A stretch of 64,000 nt of DNA, taken from contig NC_043022.1 in NCBI RefSeq assembly GCF_006345805.1, positions 15,438,001 to 15,502,000 of the forward strand. Direction: 5' to 3'. Position 1 is the stretch's first letter, and every line of letters begins with the position of its first letter. Source of the stretch: Octopus sinensis (lineage: Eukaryota). The position numbers and the translations under genes are program-made. A model generated the notes under the pieces. It had not been told where the DNA came from. It saw only the letters and a list, made by a program, of their open reading frames with translations, and searched no databases. Positions 23,155 through 35,893 of the stretch are shown here, piece by piece.

Positions 23155-24100
23155 TTTATATGTGCATGTGTGTGTGTGTTTGTATGTATGTATATACATA
23201 TATATATATATATACATACATACATACATATATATACATACATACATATACATACATACATATACATACATACATATACATACATACATATACATACATA
23301 CATATATATACATACATATACATACATACATATATATACATACATACACATACATATATATATATACATACATACATATATATATATACATACATACATA
23401 TATATACATACATACATACATATATATATACATACATACATATATATCGTCGTTTAACGTCCGTTCTCCATGCTAGCATGGGTTGGACAGTTCGACCGGG
23501 GTTCTGGGAAGCCAGAAGGCTGCACCAGGCTCCAGTCTAATCTGGCAATGTTTCTACAGCTGGATGCCCTTCCTAACGCCAACCACTCCGTGAGTGTAGT
23601 GGGTGCTTTTTACGTGCCACCTGCACAGGTGCCAGGCGGGGCTGGCAACGGCCACGGTCAGATTGGTGTATTTTATGTGCCACCGGCACGGAAGCCAGTC
23701 GAGGCAGTGCTGGCATCGGCCACGAGTCGGATTACATACATACATATATATACATACATACATATATATATATACATACATACATACATATATACATACA
23801 TACATATATACATACATATATATATATACATATATATATATATACATACATATATATACATATACATATATACATATACATATATATACATACATATATA
23901 CATATACATACATATATACATATACATATATACATACATACATATATACACACACACACATATATATACACACACACATATATATACATATACACACACA
24001 CACAAACACATATATATACATATATATACACACACACAAACACATATATATACATATATATACACACACACATATATACATATATATACACATATATATG
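23155..24100. repeat. (TA/TACA)n microsatellites flanking an RTE 3'-UTR copy (23448-23735, minus)
   Basis: Direct reading; cgtttaacgtccgttctccatgctagcatggg... matches 180-430. Confidence 0.9.
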
Positions 24101-24834
24101 ACCATGTCTATATGGTGACCATCCCCCCTCTCTCCCTTCCCCTCGTTATTCCTGTACGTATCACCTGCTGCGTAATTCAGTTATTTGAACTCATTTGGAA
24201 TCCAATCTGATGAGGACAATGAGCAAACAGCACAAGGCGTGTCCCGGATTTATATAACATATACATGTTTGTACGTGCGTACGTGTTTGTCTTCCTTTTA
24301 CCACATGACAGTTGGGGGTTGGTTTGTTTACATTGCTGTGACAGAGAAAGATTCATGGGATGAGTACTAGGCCTAAAAGTAAAGTTTAAGCCATGGGATC
24401 AATTTGTTCAACTGAACCCGTCAAGGCATTGCCCCAGCATGGCCACAGGCCAATGACTGGAAGAAGCAAAAGATAAAATAGGATATATATATATATATAT
24501 ATATATATATCCTATTTTATCTCTGGGAGTGGTTGGCATTAGGAAGAGCATCCAGCTGTAGAAACACTGCCAGATCAGACTGGAGCCTGGCGGAGCCTCC
24601 TGGCTTCCCAGACCCTGGCCGAACCGTCCAACCCATGCTAGCATGGAAAACAGACGTTAAATCATTTACTAAATAGTGACCAATCTTTAAGTCCATACAA
24701 ATAATGATCCCCAGTCTTCCATATACTAACAGAAAGTGAAAGCTTTCTATTCAATTTTCTTCAAACAAAATACAATTGAATTTCATTTTACGACAAAAGT
24801 TAGTATGTATGTACTCTTATGTGTGTATGCGTGC

Positions 24835-24870
<36 letters not shown>

Positions 24871-25208
24871 TTGGCCAAAAGTCAGCTGAGAGTAAATCAA
24901 CCCCATTTAATTCCAAGATTTATTTATGTTTAAAAGCTGAATGAATTTAATAAAACCATCTAAATGTGAAACATCCTGAAAATTGTTCAAACTGAACTCG
25001 GCAAAAGGAGACCGATAGAATAACGAATAGGCTTACAAAGAATAAGTCCCTGGGTCGATTTGCTCGACTAAAGGCGGTGCTCCAGCAGGGCCACAGTCAA
25101 ATGACTGAAACAAGTAAAAAAGCATATATATATATATATATATATTATAATATATTGTTATATTTCGGAATGGTCAAATATATAAGCGTATATATATATA
25201 TATATATA

Positions 25209-25535
25209 TCATCATCATCATCGTTTAGCGTCCGCTTTCCATGCTAGCATGGGTTGGACGGTTCAACTGGGGTCTGGGAAGCCAGAAGGCTGCGCCAGGC
25301 CCAGTCTGATCTGGCAATGTTTCTATGGCTGGATGCCCTTCCTAACGCCAACCACTCCGTGAGTATAGTGGGTGCTTTTTACGTGCCACCAGCACAGGTG
25401 CCAGGCGAAGCTGGCAAACGGCCACAACCGGATGGTGCTTTTTACGTGCCACCGGCACGGAGGCCAGTTGGGGCGGCGCTGGCAACGGCCACGTTTGGAT
25501 GATTCTTTTACGTGTCACCGGCACTGGTGTCACAG
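25209..25535 (-). mobile_element. RTE 3'-UTR-derived truncated copy (family C). Other copies at ~20110, 24520, 26265, 33428, 36822, 46425, 46955, 56315, 60715, 61140
   Basis: (CAT)n tail followed by cgtttagcgtccgctttccatgctagcatgggttggacgg...gatgcccttcctaacgccaaccactcc, matching the LINE 3' end at 180-430. Confidence 0.88.
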
Positions 25536-25836
25536 CTGCATATATGTGTATATATCTATATTATATATTATATATATATATATATATATACACACACATG
25601 TATGTATGTATATATATGTGTGTGTGTGGTGTGTGTGTGTGTACCCTCACCATCACTTGACAACCGATGTTGGTGTGTTTATGTCCCCGAAACTTAGCCA
25701 TTTGGCAACACAGACCAATAGAATAAATACTAGGCTTACAAAGAATAAATCCTGAATAAATCACATGATCGAAACAGGTAAAACAATAAAAGACTATGCC
25801 ATTTTAGCCCCGAGCAACACCAGGTATCTCTGCTAG

Positions 25837-25879
<43 letters not shown>

Positions 25880-26049
25880 ATATATGTGTGTGTAGACAGG
25901 TAGGTAGGTAGGTAGATAGATTGATAAATAGATACACACACACACCCATACATAGACTGTTATAAGCTGGGAAGAAAGCTGGTCATTGACATATCCTGGT
26001 TGTAGTCTTGTTGCGATTAGAAAAGGACATGGTTGTGGTTGGTATTGGT

Positions 26050-26255
26050 AGAAATGTTAGCACACCGGGCAAAATGCTTAGCGGTATTTCGTCTGCCATT
26101 ACGTTCTAAGTTCAAATTCCGACGAGGTCGACTTTGCCTTTCCTCCTCTCGGGGTCGATAAATTAAGTACCAGTTACACACTGGGAGCGATGTAATCGAC
26201 TTAATCCGTTTGTCTGTCCTTGTTTGTCCCCTCTGTGTTTAGGCCCTTGTGGTAG
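26050..26255 (+). mobile_element. SINE family B (Meta-domain-like)
   Basis: gttcaaattccg..gaggtcgactttgccttt...ggggtcgataaattaagtaccag. Confidence 0.8.
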
Positions 26256-26861
26256 CATCCACTACATTCTTAAAGTGGTTGGCGTTAGGAAGGGCATCCA
26301 GCTGTAAAAACCTTGCCAGATCAGATTGGAGCTTTGCGCAGCCTTCTGGCTTGCCAGTCCTCAGTCAAACCATCCAACCCATGCCAGCATGGAAAGCAGA
26401 CATTAGACGATGAAGATGATGACGACTATTAAAAGAGAGAGTAAGCTAGAGATGGTGTGTGTGTGTACGATGAGTTTCTTACAGTTCCTCTCTACCTAAT
26501 CCACTGACCAGACTTTAGTTGTCCCAGGGCTATAGTAGAAGACACCTGGCTTAAGATGCCACAAGATGGGACTGAACCCGGAACAATGCGGCTGGAAAGC
26601 AAACTTCTTAACCCCACAGCCATTCTTGCACGGAAAGTAATTATGATTTTTAACGAGACAGCTGCTTCGTTAGAGCCTAGGACGAAAATTGATTTGCAGG
26701 ATTGTTTCGAAAGTTTACATTCAGTGTTCAAACCTCACCAAGGTCCACATTTTCTTTACATTCTTCTGGGAGACAGTGGGGGGGGGTCAATAAAATTAAT
26801 TTCCAGTGAAGTTCTGGGGGTCAGTTTAACTGACTGGCCCCTTCCCTAAATTTTTTGTCCT

Positions 26862-27225
26862 AATGGTTCCGGGTTCAGTCCCACTGCGTGGCATCTTGGG
26901 CAAGTGTCTTCTGCTATAGCCCCGGGGACCAATGCCTTGTGAGTGGATTTGGTAGACGGAACTGAAAGAAGCCTGTCGTATATATGTATATATATATATG
27001 CGTGTTGTGGTTTGTGGGTCTGTGTTTGTCCCCCTAGCATTGCTTGACAACCGATGCTGGTGTGTTTACGTCCCTGTCACTTAGCGGTTCGGCAAAAAGA
27101 GACCGATAGAATAAGTACTGGGCTTACAAAGAATAAGTCCCGGGGTCGATTTGCTCGACTAAAAGGCGGTGCTCCAGCATGGCCACAGACCAAAATGACT
27201 GAAACAAGTAAAAGAGTAAAAAGAG
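26862..27225 (+). mobile_element. Family A SINE, slightly 5'-truncated
   Basis: Matches the 7354 copy. Confidence 0.85.
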
Positions 27226-27255
27226 TACATGGCCATGGAAGGAAAACCCTGACTA

Positions 27256-27299
27256 CATTACCACTGCTACCACCACCACTACTACTACTACTACTGCTG

Positions 27300-27356
<57 letters not shown>

Positions 27357-28090
27357 TTCCAGTTGTTGCTTTTGTAGTTGTGAAATGTTAATTTGAATTC
27401 CAGGCACATATTTGGCATGACTGAGGCTACCCAGACATCCCATGAACAATAGAGGAGGAGGGGATAAGGAGTGGCAGTGGGAGGAGGTGGATGGTTGAAG
27501 AAGGAGGAGTAGGGGGGGAGGGAAATGGTTGGATGACTGGGTGAGAGAAGGGAAAAGAGAAGAAGGAGCCCAGCACTCTACAAGCTATATCTTTCATTAC
27601 AGCCATGACCAACACTGCCAACCAGGGTACAATTAATACCATGAAGAGGATGAGGACAACCATGACACCACCACCACCAATACACCATCACCTTCACCAC
27701 CACTAACAATAACACCAGTACCACTGTTAAGTACCTCCATCACTACCACCATCACCACCACCACCACCACAACCACCACTATCCTCACCACCACCTCCAC
27801 TGCCACTACCACTACCATCACCACCACCTCCACTGCCACTACCACCCCCTCCACCACCATTACAACAACTACTGTCTTGTCACCACCATCTCCACTACCA
27901 TCACAACCATTACCACTGCTATCCTCACCACCACCACCACTACCATCACCTCCACCACTACAACCTCCACCACCACCTCCTCCACCACTGTTACAACTAC
28001 TACTGTCGTCACCACCATCACTGCTACCACCTCCACCATCACCACCATCATAACTACTACTGCCACCACCACCACCACCTTCACCTCCTG
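27256..28090. repeat. Low-complexity CTA/CTG and CAC tracts
   Basis: Direct reading. Confidence 0.85.
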
Positions 28091-28455
28091 ATACAATAAT
28101 TACCAGACTTAAAAAAAAAATAAACCTTGGGGTTGATTCGTTCAACTGAAAATTCTTGAAAGCTGTGCCCCAGCATGGCCACAGTCAAATGGCTGGAACA
28201 AGTAAGCAATAACAGACAAAAGATATTCTACAGAAAGAAACAAAGATTATTGTTGAGACTCTCACAGACCCGGTGCCAACAGGCGATAGACTTTCCAAAT
28301 GGTTTGATCCTCTTCCTGTAACTAAGCCCAGAAGAGCAAGCACCCGAATTTTGTTACTGCACCATACAAAATGCTTAGCAGCCATTTCTTCCAACTCAGC
28401 GTTCTGGGTTCAAATTCCACTGGGCCTGACTTTGCCTTTTACACTTACTCTCTCT

Positions 28456-29586
28456 CTCTTTACTCTTTTACTTGTTTCAGTCATTTGACTGCAGCCATGC
28501 TGGAGCACCGCCTTTAGTCGAGCAAATCAACCCCGGGACTTATTCTTTGTAAGCCCAGTACTTATTCTATTGGTCTCTTTTGCCGAACCGCTAAGTTACG
28601 GGGACATAAACACACCAGCATCGGTTGTCAAGCAATGCTAGGGGGAGAAACACAGACACACAAACATATACACACACACTTATATATATACATATATACG
28701 ACAGGCTTCTTTCAGTTTCCGTCTACTAAATCCACTCACAAGGCTTTGGTCGGCCCGGGGCTATAGCAGAAGACACTTGCCCAAGATGCCACGCAGTGGG
28801 ACTGAACCTGGAACCATGTAGTTGGTTAGCGAGCTACTTACCACACAGCCACTCCTGCGCCTACTGGGTCAATAAAAATAAACACCAATCTAATCGACTG
28901 ACCCCTTACCCTCAAACTTGCGGGCCTTGTACGGAAATTTAAAACCAGTATTTAGCAGGATCAGAAGTTTGAAGCGGAAATTAAAGAATAATTGGGCTTT
29001 TTTTTTTTTGTTACCTGACATATTACGAAAATCTTAAAATTTCTAGTCACAGGCGCAGGAGTGGCTGTGTGGTAGGTAGCTTGCTAACCAACCACATGGT
29101 TCCGGATTCAGTCCCACTGCATGGCATCTTGGGCATGTGTCTTCTGCTATAGCCCCGGGCTGACCAATGACTTGTGAGTGGATTCGGTAGACGGAAACTG
29201 AAAGAAGCCTGTCGTATATATGTATATATATGTATATGTATGTGTGTGTTTGTGTGTCTGTGTTTGTCCCCCTAGCATTGCTTGACAACCGATGCTGGTG
29301 TGTTTACGTTCCTTGTCACTTAGCGGTTTGGCAAAAGAGACCGATATAATAAGTACTGGGCTTACAAAGAATAAGTCCCGGGGTCGATTTGCTCGACTAA
29401 AGGCGGTGCTCCAGCATGGCCGCAGTCAAATGAAAGGAGCACCACCTTTAGTCAGCAAATCGACCCCGGAACTTATTCTTTGTAAGCCCAGTACTTATTC
29501 TATCGGTCTATTCAACCAGCATCGGTTGTCAAGCGATGGTGGGGGGGGGGCACAAACATATACACACCCATACAATATATATAATA

Positions 29587-29635
<49 letters not shown>

Positions 29636-29795
29636 CAACAGGCTTCTTTCAGTTTCCGTCTATCAAATCCACTCTCAAGGCATTGGTCGGCCCGAGGCTA
29701 TAGCAGAAGACACTTGCCCAAGATGCCGCGCAGTGGGACTGAACCCGGAACCATGTGGTTGGTAAGCTACTTACCACACAGCCATTCCTGCGCCT
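28456..29795. mobile_element. Three family A SINEs in alternating orientation (minus 28456-28862, plus 29051-29433, minus 29436-29795)
   Basis: Each matches the family A consensus seen at 7354. Confidence 0.88.
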
Positions 29796-30464
29796 ATTGA
29801 CTGTAGTTTTTAATAAGCCTCTCTCTCTCACTCTCTCCCTTTCTTCTCAAGGGTTATTTATCGGAGTCAATAAATTAAGTACCAGTTACGTACTGGGGTC
29901 GATCTAACCAACTGGTCCTCCCTCCCCCAAAATTTCGGGCCTTGTGCCTAGAGTAGACAAAAATATTACAGTAATCCAGTGTGTTTTTGTTTTTATTCAC
30001 TTTGAGAACAGTTTGGCTTCTGCTGATACTGATACGGTACTTCAGATTCTAGCTTGAATTTCAACCCCTCAAAAGCAGTATCCATGTAATAGTTGACCCC
30101 ATAAATTTGACCTTAAAAAAATGGTCTCAAAAATTCGACTTTTACACAAGTATCTGCAGTAATTATAAATCATTGAGGTATTATATATCCGAATGTTCTA
30201 GAACTTCTGTAACAACATACATGTGTATAATGTTCCCGACTGCATAAGCAGAATGAAAAACTACACTCGTTTTAGTGACAAGTTGTGACTGTAATACGCA
30301 GAACACGAATCTTGTTGGTTATCAATTACGCATTAACTACATCGCAAATACATTAAGCTTCCCTTACGTCACCATGTTGGTTTTTCTAAGACAGGTGGGT
30401 GTAAACATGAGGTGACCGAGCATTTTTCTAGGGGAATTGAACCAGAGTGGTCGCTTGTATTCTT

Positions 30465-31200
30465 TTATTTGTTTCAGTCATTTGACTGCAGCCATGCTGG
30501 AGCACCGCCTTTAGTCGAACAAATCGACCCCAGGACTTATTCTTTGTGAGCCTAGTACTTATTCTACTGGTGTCTTTTGTTGAACCACTAAGTTACAGGG
30601 ATGTAAACACACCAACATCAGATGTAACGTGATGGTGGGGGACAAACACAGACACATACACATGATGGGCTTCTTTTCAGTTTCCATACCGAATCCATTC
30701 ACAAGGCCTTGGTCGGCCTGAGGCTATAGTAGAAGATACTTACCCACAGTGCCACGCAGTGGGACTGAACCAGGAACCATGTGGTTGGGAAGCCAGCTAC
30801 TTACCACACAGCCACTCCTGTGCCTATGTTTACCTTTCATTTTATCTTGTACTTGTTTCAGTCACTAGACTGTGGCCATGCTGGGGCACTGCCTCGAAGA
30901 ATTTTAGTCAAACAAATCAACCCCAGCACTTATTTTTCTTTAAGGCTGATACTTATTCTATCAGTCTTATTTTGACAAACCGCTAAGTCATGGGGAGGTA
31001 AATGCACCAGCACAGGTTGTTAAGCAAGTGGGAGACAAACACAGACACACACACCCACATATGACAGGCTTCTTTCAGTTTCCATCTACCAAAATCCACT
31101 CACAAGGTTTTGGTTGACCTGAGGTTTTAGAAGACACTTGCCCAGGGTGCCACACTGTGACACTGAACCTGGAACCATGTTGTTGTTGGGAAGGAAACTT
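30465..31200 (-). mobile_element. Two older tandem family A SINEs
   Basis: Degenerate matches to family A. Confidence 0.75.
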
Positions 31201-32951
31201 CTTACTGCACAGTCATGGGTGGAGTGACTTTGTTATGCTCTGTCCCCCTGAGACGGACCAGTGTCCCATCCAGGTGGGGAACCTATATGTGAATGAAACT
31301 GGGAAACCAGCCCTTATGAGCCAGGTTATGGTTGGAGAAGGAACAAACAACATGCTTTTAGTTAAAGTTTCAGTTCAGGTGTGCTGCCAAATTTTGTAAA
31401 GAATACAGGTGTACCACAGGTGGAAAAAGGGTGTGGGGCACTGCTATGTTTAGTGGGGGGGGGTGATGCAGTGAACAAGCAGAACTGTTAACACACTGGG
31501 CCAAATGCTTAGTGATTCTAGTGTAGCTATTGTGTGAGCCACTCAGGGTGGCCCTTCCATTTTCCACCCCTGGACCTGACAAAAAACATATTGCCTACAG
31601 TAAACCCCCCAAAAAAGCCGCCCCTTTAAAAATGCCACCTGGGGCAGACCACCCCCCTAGCTATGGTGACTTCACTTAGAGACATTTCATTTGCTTTTAT
31701 GTTCTGAGTTCAAATTCAAGGTTGACTTTGCCTTTCATCCTTTCGGGGCCAATGAAATAAGTACCAGTCATACACAGGGGTCGATGTAATCGATTATCCC
31801 TCTCCCCTAAAATTTCAAACCTTGTGCCTATAGTAGAAAGGATTATCATCTGTATTCTAGGCCTTGTGTATCTAGGACTATATTCTTCAATGTGTCCTTT
31901 CTCTTTTGAGACAGTAAACCGAGATATGAAAAAGCAGTCATGTGACTGTTTTCTCGTTGACTTTGATGGTAAATGCCATGGTTCTCATGGTCCCAGGTGT
32001 AGCATTCGGCTTGTGAAAGTATTGACTATGTATGGGCGTAAACTTATGGTTGTTGTTGTTGTTATTTAGCATGCGGTCAGCTCGGATCACGTAGACCTAC
32101 GAACAAAAGCCTTCCAGTCACGACCGTCATGTCTTTCTCCTAGTCACTGCATACCTAAGCCTACATCATGCAAAGTGTTCCTACCCTTTCGAGACAGGAC
32201 GGTGTAATCTGAGAAGGATGTGGTTGCTATTTCTAGCAGGTCAAATGATCGCACAAAAATGATCACAGAGCTTCACAACTTTCATATGGGTTCACTCTAC
32301 CAAAAGGGGGTTACCTAATACGTCCTACCAACCCACTTTGTCAGGGAAGCCCCTGCTGCCAGCCTTGATTGGAAATAGCCCAATCTGGCAACCATACGTT
32401 GTTGACTCATATTCCCAAGATCATTTGTCATTAGCAAAGGTATCAGGTGTCAGTCAGATTCGAAAACGAACAGCCTGGTTTTATCTTACACCTGGAGAGC
32501 CAGGAAAGGGAACAAGAGGGAAAAATAATCTAGGGAAGATTTCGTCATATTTATTTATAACAAATCGCAAACGTGCAGTAATGTCAGTGGTTTCGCTTTG
32601 GGAACAAACGAAATACTCTCACCTGATAGACTTACCTGTATCTCTGGAGGTCTTCATAAAAATTGGTGTTGAGTTCAAAATCCTGCCGATGTTAACTTTG
32701 TCTTTCACTCTTTCAGGCCCGTAAATGCAGTAATGGGGACGGTGGGGTGACGGGGGCTCCCCTCCTCCTTCACCCCCTGTTCCTTTTTCTCAGCATGGCT
32801 GTGTGGTAAGAAGCTTGCTTCTCAATCAGATGGTTCTAGGTTCAGTCTCACTGTGTGGCACCTTGGTTAAGTTTCTTGTACTGTACCCACACCTTGTGAA
32901 TGGAGTGGAGTTGGTGGAGGGAAACTGAAAGAAGCCCATCGAATATATATT

Positions 32952-32992
<41 letters not shown>

Positions 32993-33088
32993 ATATATAT
33001 ATATATATATATATATTTATTGTGGCCAAGACTTAGTATTATATTTTTTATTATTTTTACATATTTTTTGAGAAGGAATGAGAGAAAG

Positions 33089-33126
<38 letters not shown>

Positions 33127-33264
33127 GGAACAGCCAGAGAGTAGTAAAGAACATTTCCAAAGATTCCCTCCCTTACAAATAACAGCCAATGAAACAAATT
33201 CCCAGATGTGACCATCCCTCCTCTAACCAAACTATTAAACATTTCTTTTTTAAAATGCTACATT

Positions 33265-33800
33265 ACGCAGGAGTGGCTGTGTGGTAAGTAGCTTGCTTAC
33301 TAACCACAAGGTTCCGTGTTCAGTCCCACTGTGTGGCACCTTGGGCAAGTGTCTTCTACTATAGCCTTGCGTCAACCAAAGCCTTGTGAGTGGATTTGGT
33401 AGTCAGAAACTGAAAGAAGCCTGTCGTATCATCATCGTTTAGCGTCCGCTTTCCATGCTAGCATGGGTTGGACGGTTCAACTGGGGTCTGGGAAGCCAGA
33501 AGGCTGCACCAGGCCCAGTCTGATCTGGCAATGTTTCTATGGCTGGATGCCCTTCCTAATGCCAATATATATGTATATATATATTTGTGTGTGTGTGTCT
33601 GTGTTTGTCCCCCCCCCACATCGCTTGACAACCGATGCTGGTGTGTTTACATCCCCGTAACTTAGCAGTTCGGTAAAAGAGACTGATAGACTAAGTACTA
33701 GGCTTACAAAGAATAAGTTTTGGGGGTCGATTTGCTCGACTAAAGGCGGTGTTCCAGCATGGCCGCAGTCAAATGACAAACAAGTAAAATAGTAAGTTCT
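33265..33800 (+). mobile_element. Family A SINE with an RTE 3'-UTR copy (33428-33563, minus) nested in its microsatellite
   Basis: SINE halves flank catcatcgtttagcgtccgctttcc...ttcctaatgcc. Confidence 0.8.
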
Positions 33801-34784
33801 AAAAATCTCTAAATGAGATATAATAAGTCGTAACAATACCAGACGGTAACATTAGTTGCCATTATAACATGGTTGATTTATACAGAACAATGTTATTACA
33901 TTTTAACCCCGAGAAAACGTCTTTCCAGCAGGTTAATGACACACAACCTGTGTCCAATATATTATGTGGCCATGCTGGGGCACTGCCTTGAAGAATTTTA
34001 GTCAAACAAATCAACTCCAGCAACTTCTTTAAGGCTGATACTTATTCTATCAGTCTTATTTTGACAAACTGCTAAGTCATGGGGAGGTAAACGCACCAGC
34101 ACAGGTTGTTAAGCAAATGAGAGACAAACACAGATACACACACACACACATATGACAAGCTTCTTTCAGTTTCCATCTACCAAAATCCATTCACAAGGTT
34201 TTGGTTGACCTGAAGTTTTAGAAGACACTTGCCCAGGGTGCCACACTGCGACACTGAATCACTCCCTTCCAGCTTGGTGAGACTAGTAGACCATAATCTC
34301 TTGGTCTTTACCTGTCATCGGTACTAAATACCTGTCTGCTACTTTACTCTTATCCTTGAAATTAACACTCCGCCCCTATCCTCACCCCGGTTAGCCAGAA
34401 ACTTAACCCCCTCACACATACTAATATCTGCTCTGTATCCAAGAATAAATATTTCTTATCAGTATATATATACCCAACTACCCTCAATAGATAACTGCTG
34501 ACCTCTGTGGGTGTCCTCATTAACCAAGGATTTACTATAATTCTGTTTTTGAAAGATTAATGGCCTCGACATTAATCACTTGATCTGCTGAAGATAACAG
34601 CCAAACGTCCCTCGATGGATCATCTGCAGTATGTTCAACATTGGGACCACAATGGATAATATAGCCCCTGACGTATGTGCATATAAACTGACGGGAGGGT
34701 CAGAACTGGATTGACTTTGATCATAGGTTTGTTGGATCAGGAACAACCCAGGGCTAAACAACAAAAGTGGATTTCACACATCTT

Positions 34785-35450
34785 TACATTCTGAGTTCAA
34801 ATTCCGCTGAGGTTGACTTAGCCAGTCGTCTTTCCAGGGTCAATAAAATAAGTACCAGTTATGCACTGGGGTTGATTCAATCGACTTATGCTCCTCCCTA
34901 AGATTGCTAGCCTTGTGCTAAAATCTGAAACCATTATGAAGATGAAGAGCTAGCAGACTCATTAGCATGGCTTAGTGGCATTTCGTCTCTATGCTCTGAG
35001 TTCAAATCCTGCCAAGGGCGACTTAGCCTTCCATCCTTTTTGGGTCGATAAAATATGTACCAGCTGAATATTGGGGTTGATGTAATTGATTTATCCCTTC
35101 TCCTAAAATTGCTGGCCTTGTGCCAAGATTTGAAACCATTGTTATTAACTGACACCGTTGGTTACAATGTCAAGGTGTTCCAGTCAATCCGGTTGACGGA
35201 ACAGCCTGCTCCTGAAATTAACCAAATGTAGCCAGTTAGTCCCCTCCCAGGAAATTTCAGGCCTTGTGCCTATAGTAGAAACGATTATTATTAAGGCAGC
35301 GAGCTGGCAGAATCGTTAGCACACTGGGCAAAATGATTAGCAATATTTCATCTGTCTTCACGTTCTGTGTTCAAATTCCACCGAGGTCGACTTTGCCTTT
35401 CGTTCTTTTGGGGTCGATAAATTAAGTACCAGTCACGAACATTTCCAGCC
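34785..35450 (+). mobile_element. Cluster of three degenerate family B SINEs
   Basis: Repeated gagttcaaat...gacttagcc/gactttgcc...gtcgataaa..aagtaccag blocks. Confidence 0.7.
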
Positions 35451-35473
35451 TCGTGTGCCAAGAGTAAAAAAGG

Positions 35474-35534
35474 GTCTGACTACGCTGCATTGATAAAGGG
35501 CAACAACCCTGAAACATGTCTGCAGATGTCTGAC
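35474..35534 (+). ncRNA. Type I hammerhead ribozyme (U3-A8 core variant), predicted cleavage after C35520
   Basis: Stem I CTGCA(35485-89)/TGCAG(35521-25); core TTGATAA; stem II AGGG/CCCT with CAACAA loop; GAAA; palindromic stem III AC-AT-GT; GUC triplet; distal stem I GTCTGAC/GTCTGAC (6 of 7 pairs). Confidence 0.72.
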
Positions 35535-35834
35535 TAGCAAGGTGAAGCGGCTGACCTCCCCTGTTCGAAGGCTGTAATGGACGCAGGTTCGTGTGTCAAA
35601 TAGCTAGCTAGAGGCGATGGCCTCTTGGAGCTAATCAGCGACAGCTTTAGTCTTATATTTATGGACTGCCATATTAGTTTGGCGATAACTATTAATATCC
35701 AGTAACACTGCCGTAATCTCCTTTAGAGAGACTTAGTAATTTTAATATTTCTATTATTGAAAACAAGTGGATGTATTCCACTGTAACTAGGTAAATAAAA
35801 TCTTCGAACAGACGGTCAGTAGTGACACCTGCGG

Positions 35835-35893
35835 GTCTGACTACGCTGCATTGATAAAGGCAACAACCCTGAAACATTCTGCAGATGTCTGAC
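35835..35893 (+). ncRNA. Second hammerhead copy, missing one G in stem II and the G before the cleavage triplet
   Basis: ctgca ttgataa agg caacaaccct gaaacattc tgcag. Confidence 0.5.

Noticed and set aside
23025-24210. Long ORFs rich in Y/I/H/T or M/Y/V/C (also 53172-54203)
   Set aside because: Translations of TA/TACA microsatellites.
24175-24240. Possible small exon on either strand
   Set aside because: The minus-strand candidate has stops in all frames and the plus-strand candidate lacks a canonical donor.
24200-24250. CTGATGA followed by GGAC...GTCC
   Set aside because: No GAAA after the stem and no stem I or cleavage triplet.
30085-30165. aaaattcgacttttacacaagtatctgcagta resembling a Tc1/pogo-type MITE end
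   Set aside because: No matching opposite TIR was found nearby.
32338-32724. 128-aa plus-strand ORF in unique sequence
   Set aside because: It has a GTG/TTG-type start and no recognisable motif, and the splice signals point to the opposite strand.
35703-35712. TAACACTGCC, identical as I recall it to the cleavage strand of the rice twister ribozyme
   Set aside because: I could not find the L4 (GGUCCCAAGC-like) loop, the pseudoknot partners or a correct P1 in any permutation. An Rfam twister scan would settle it.
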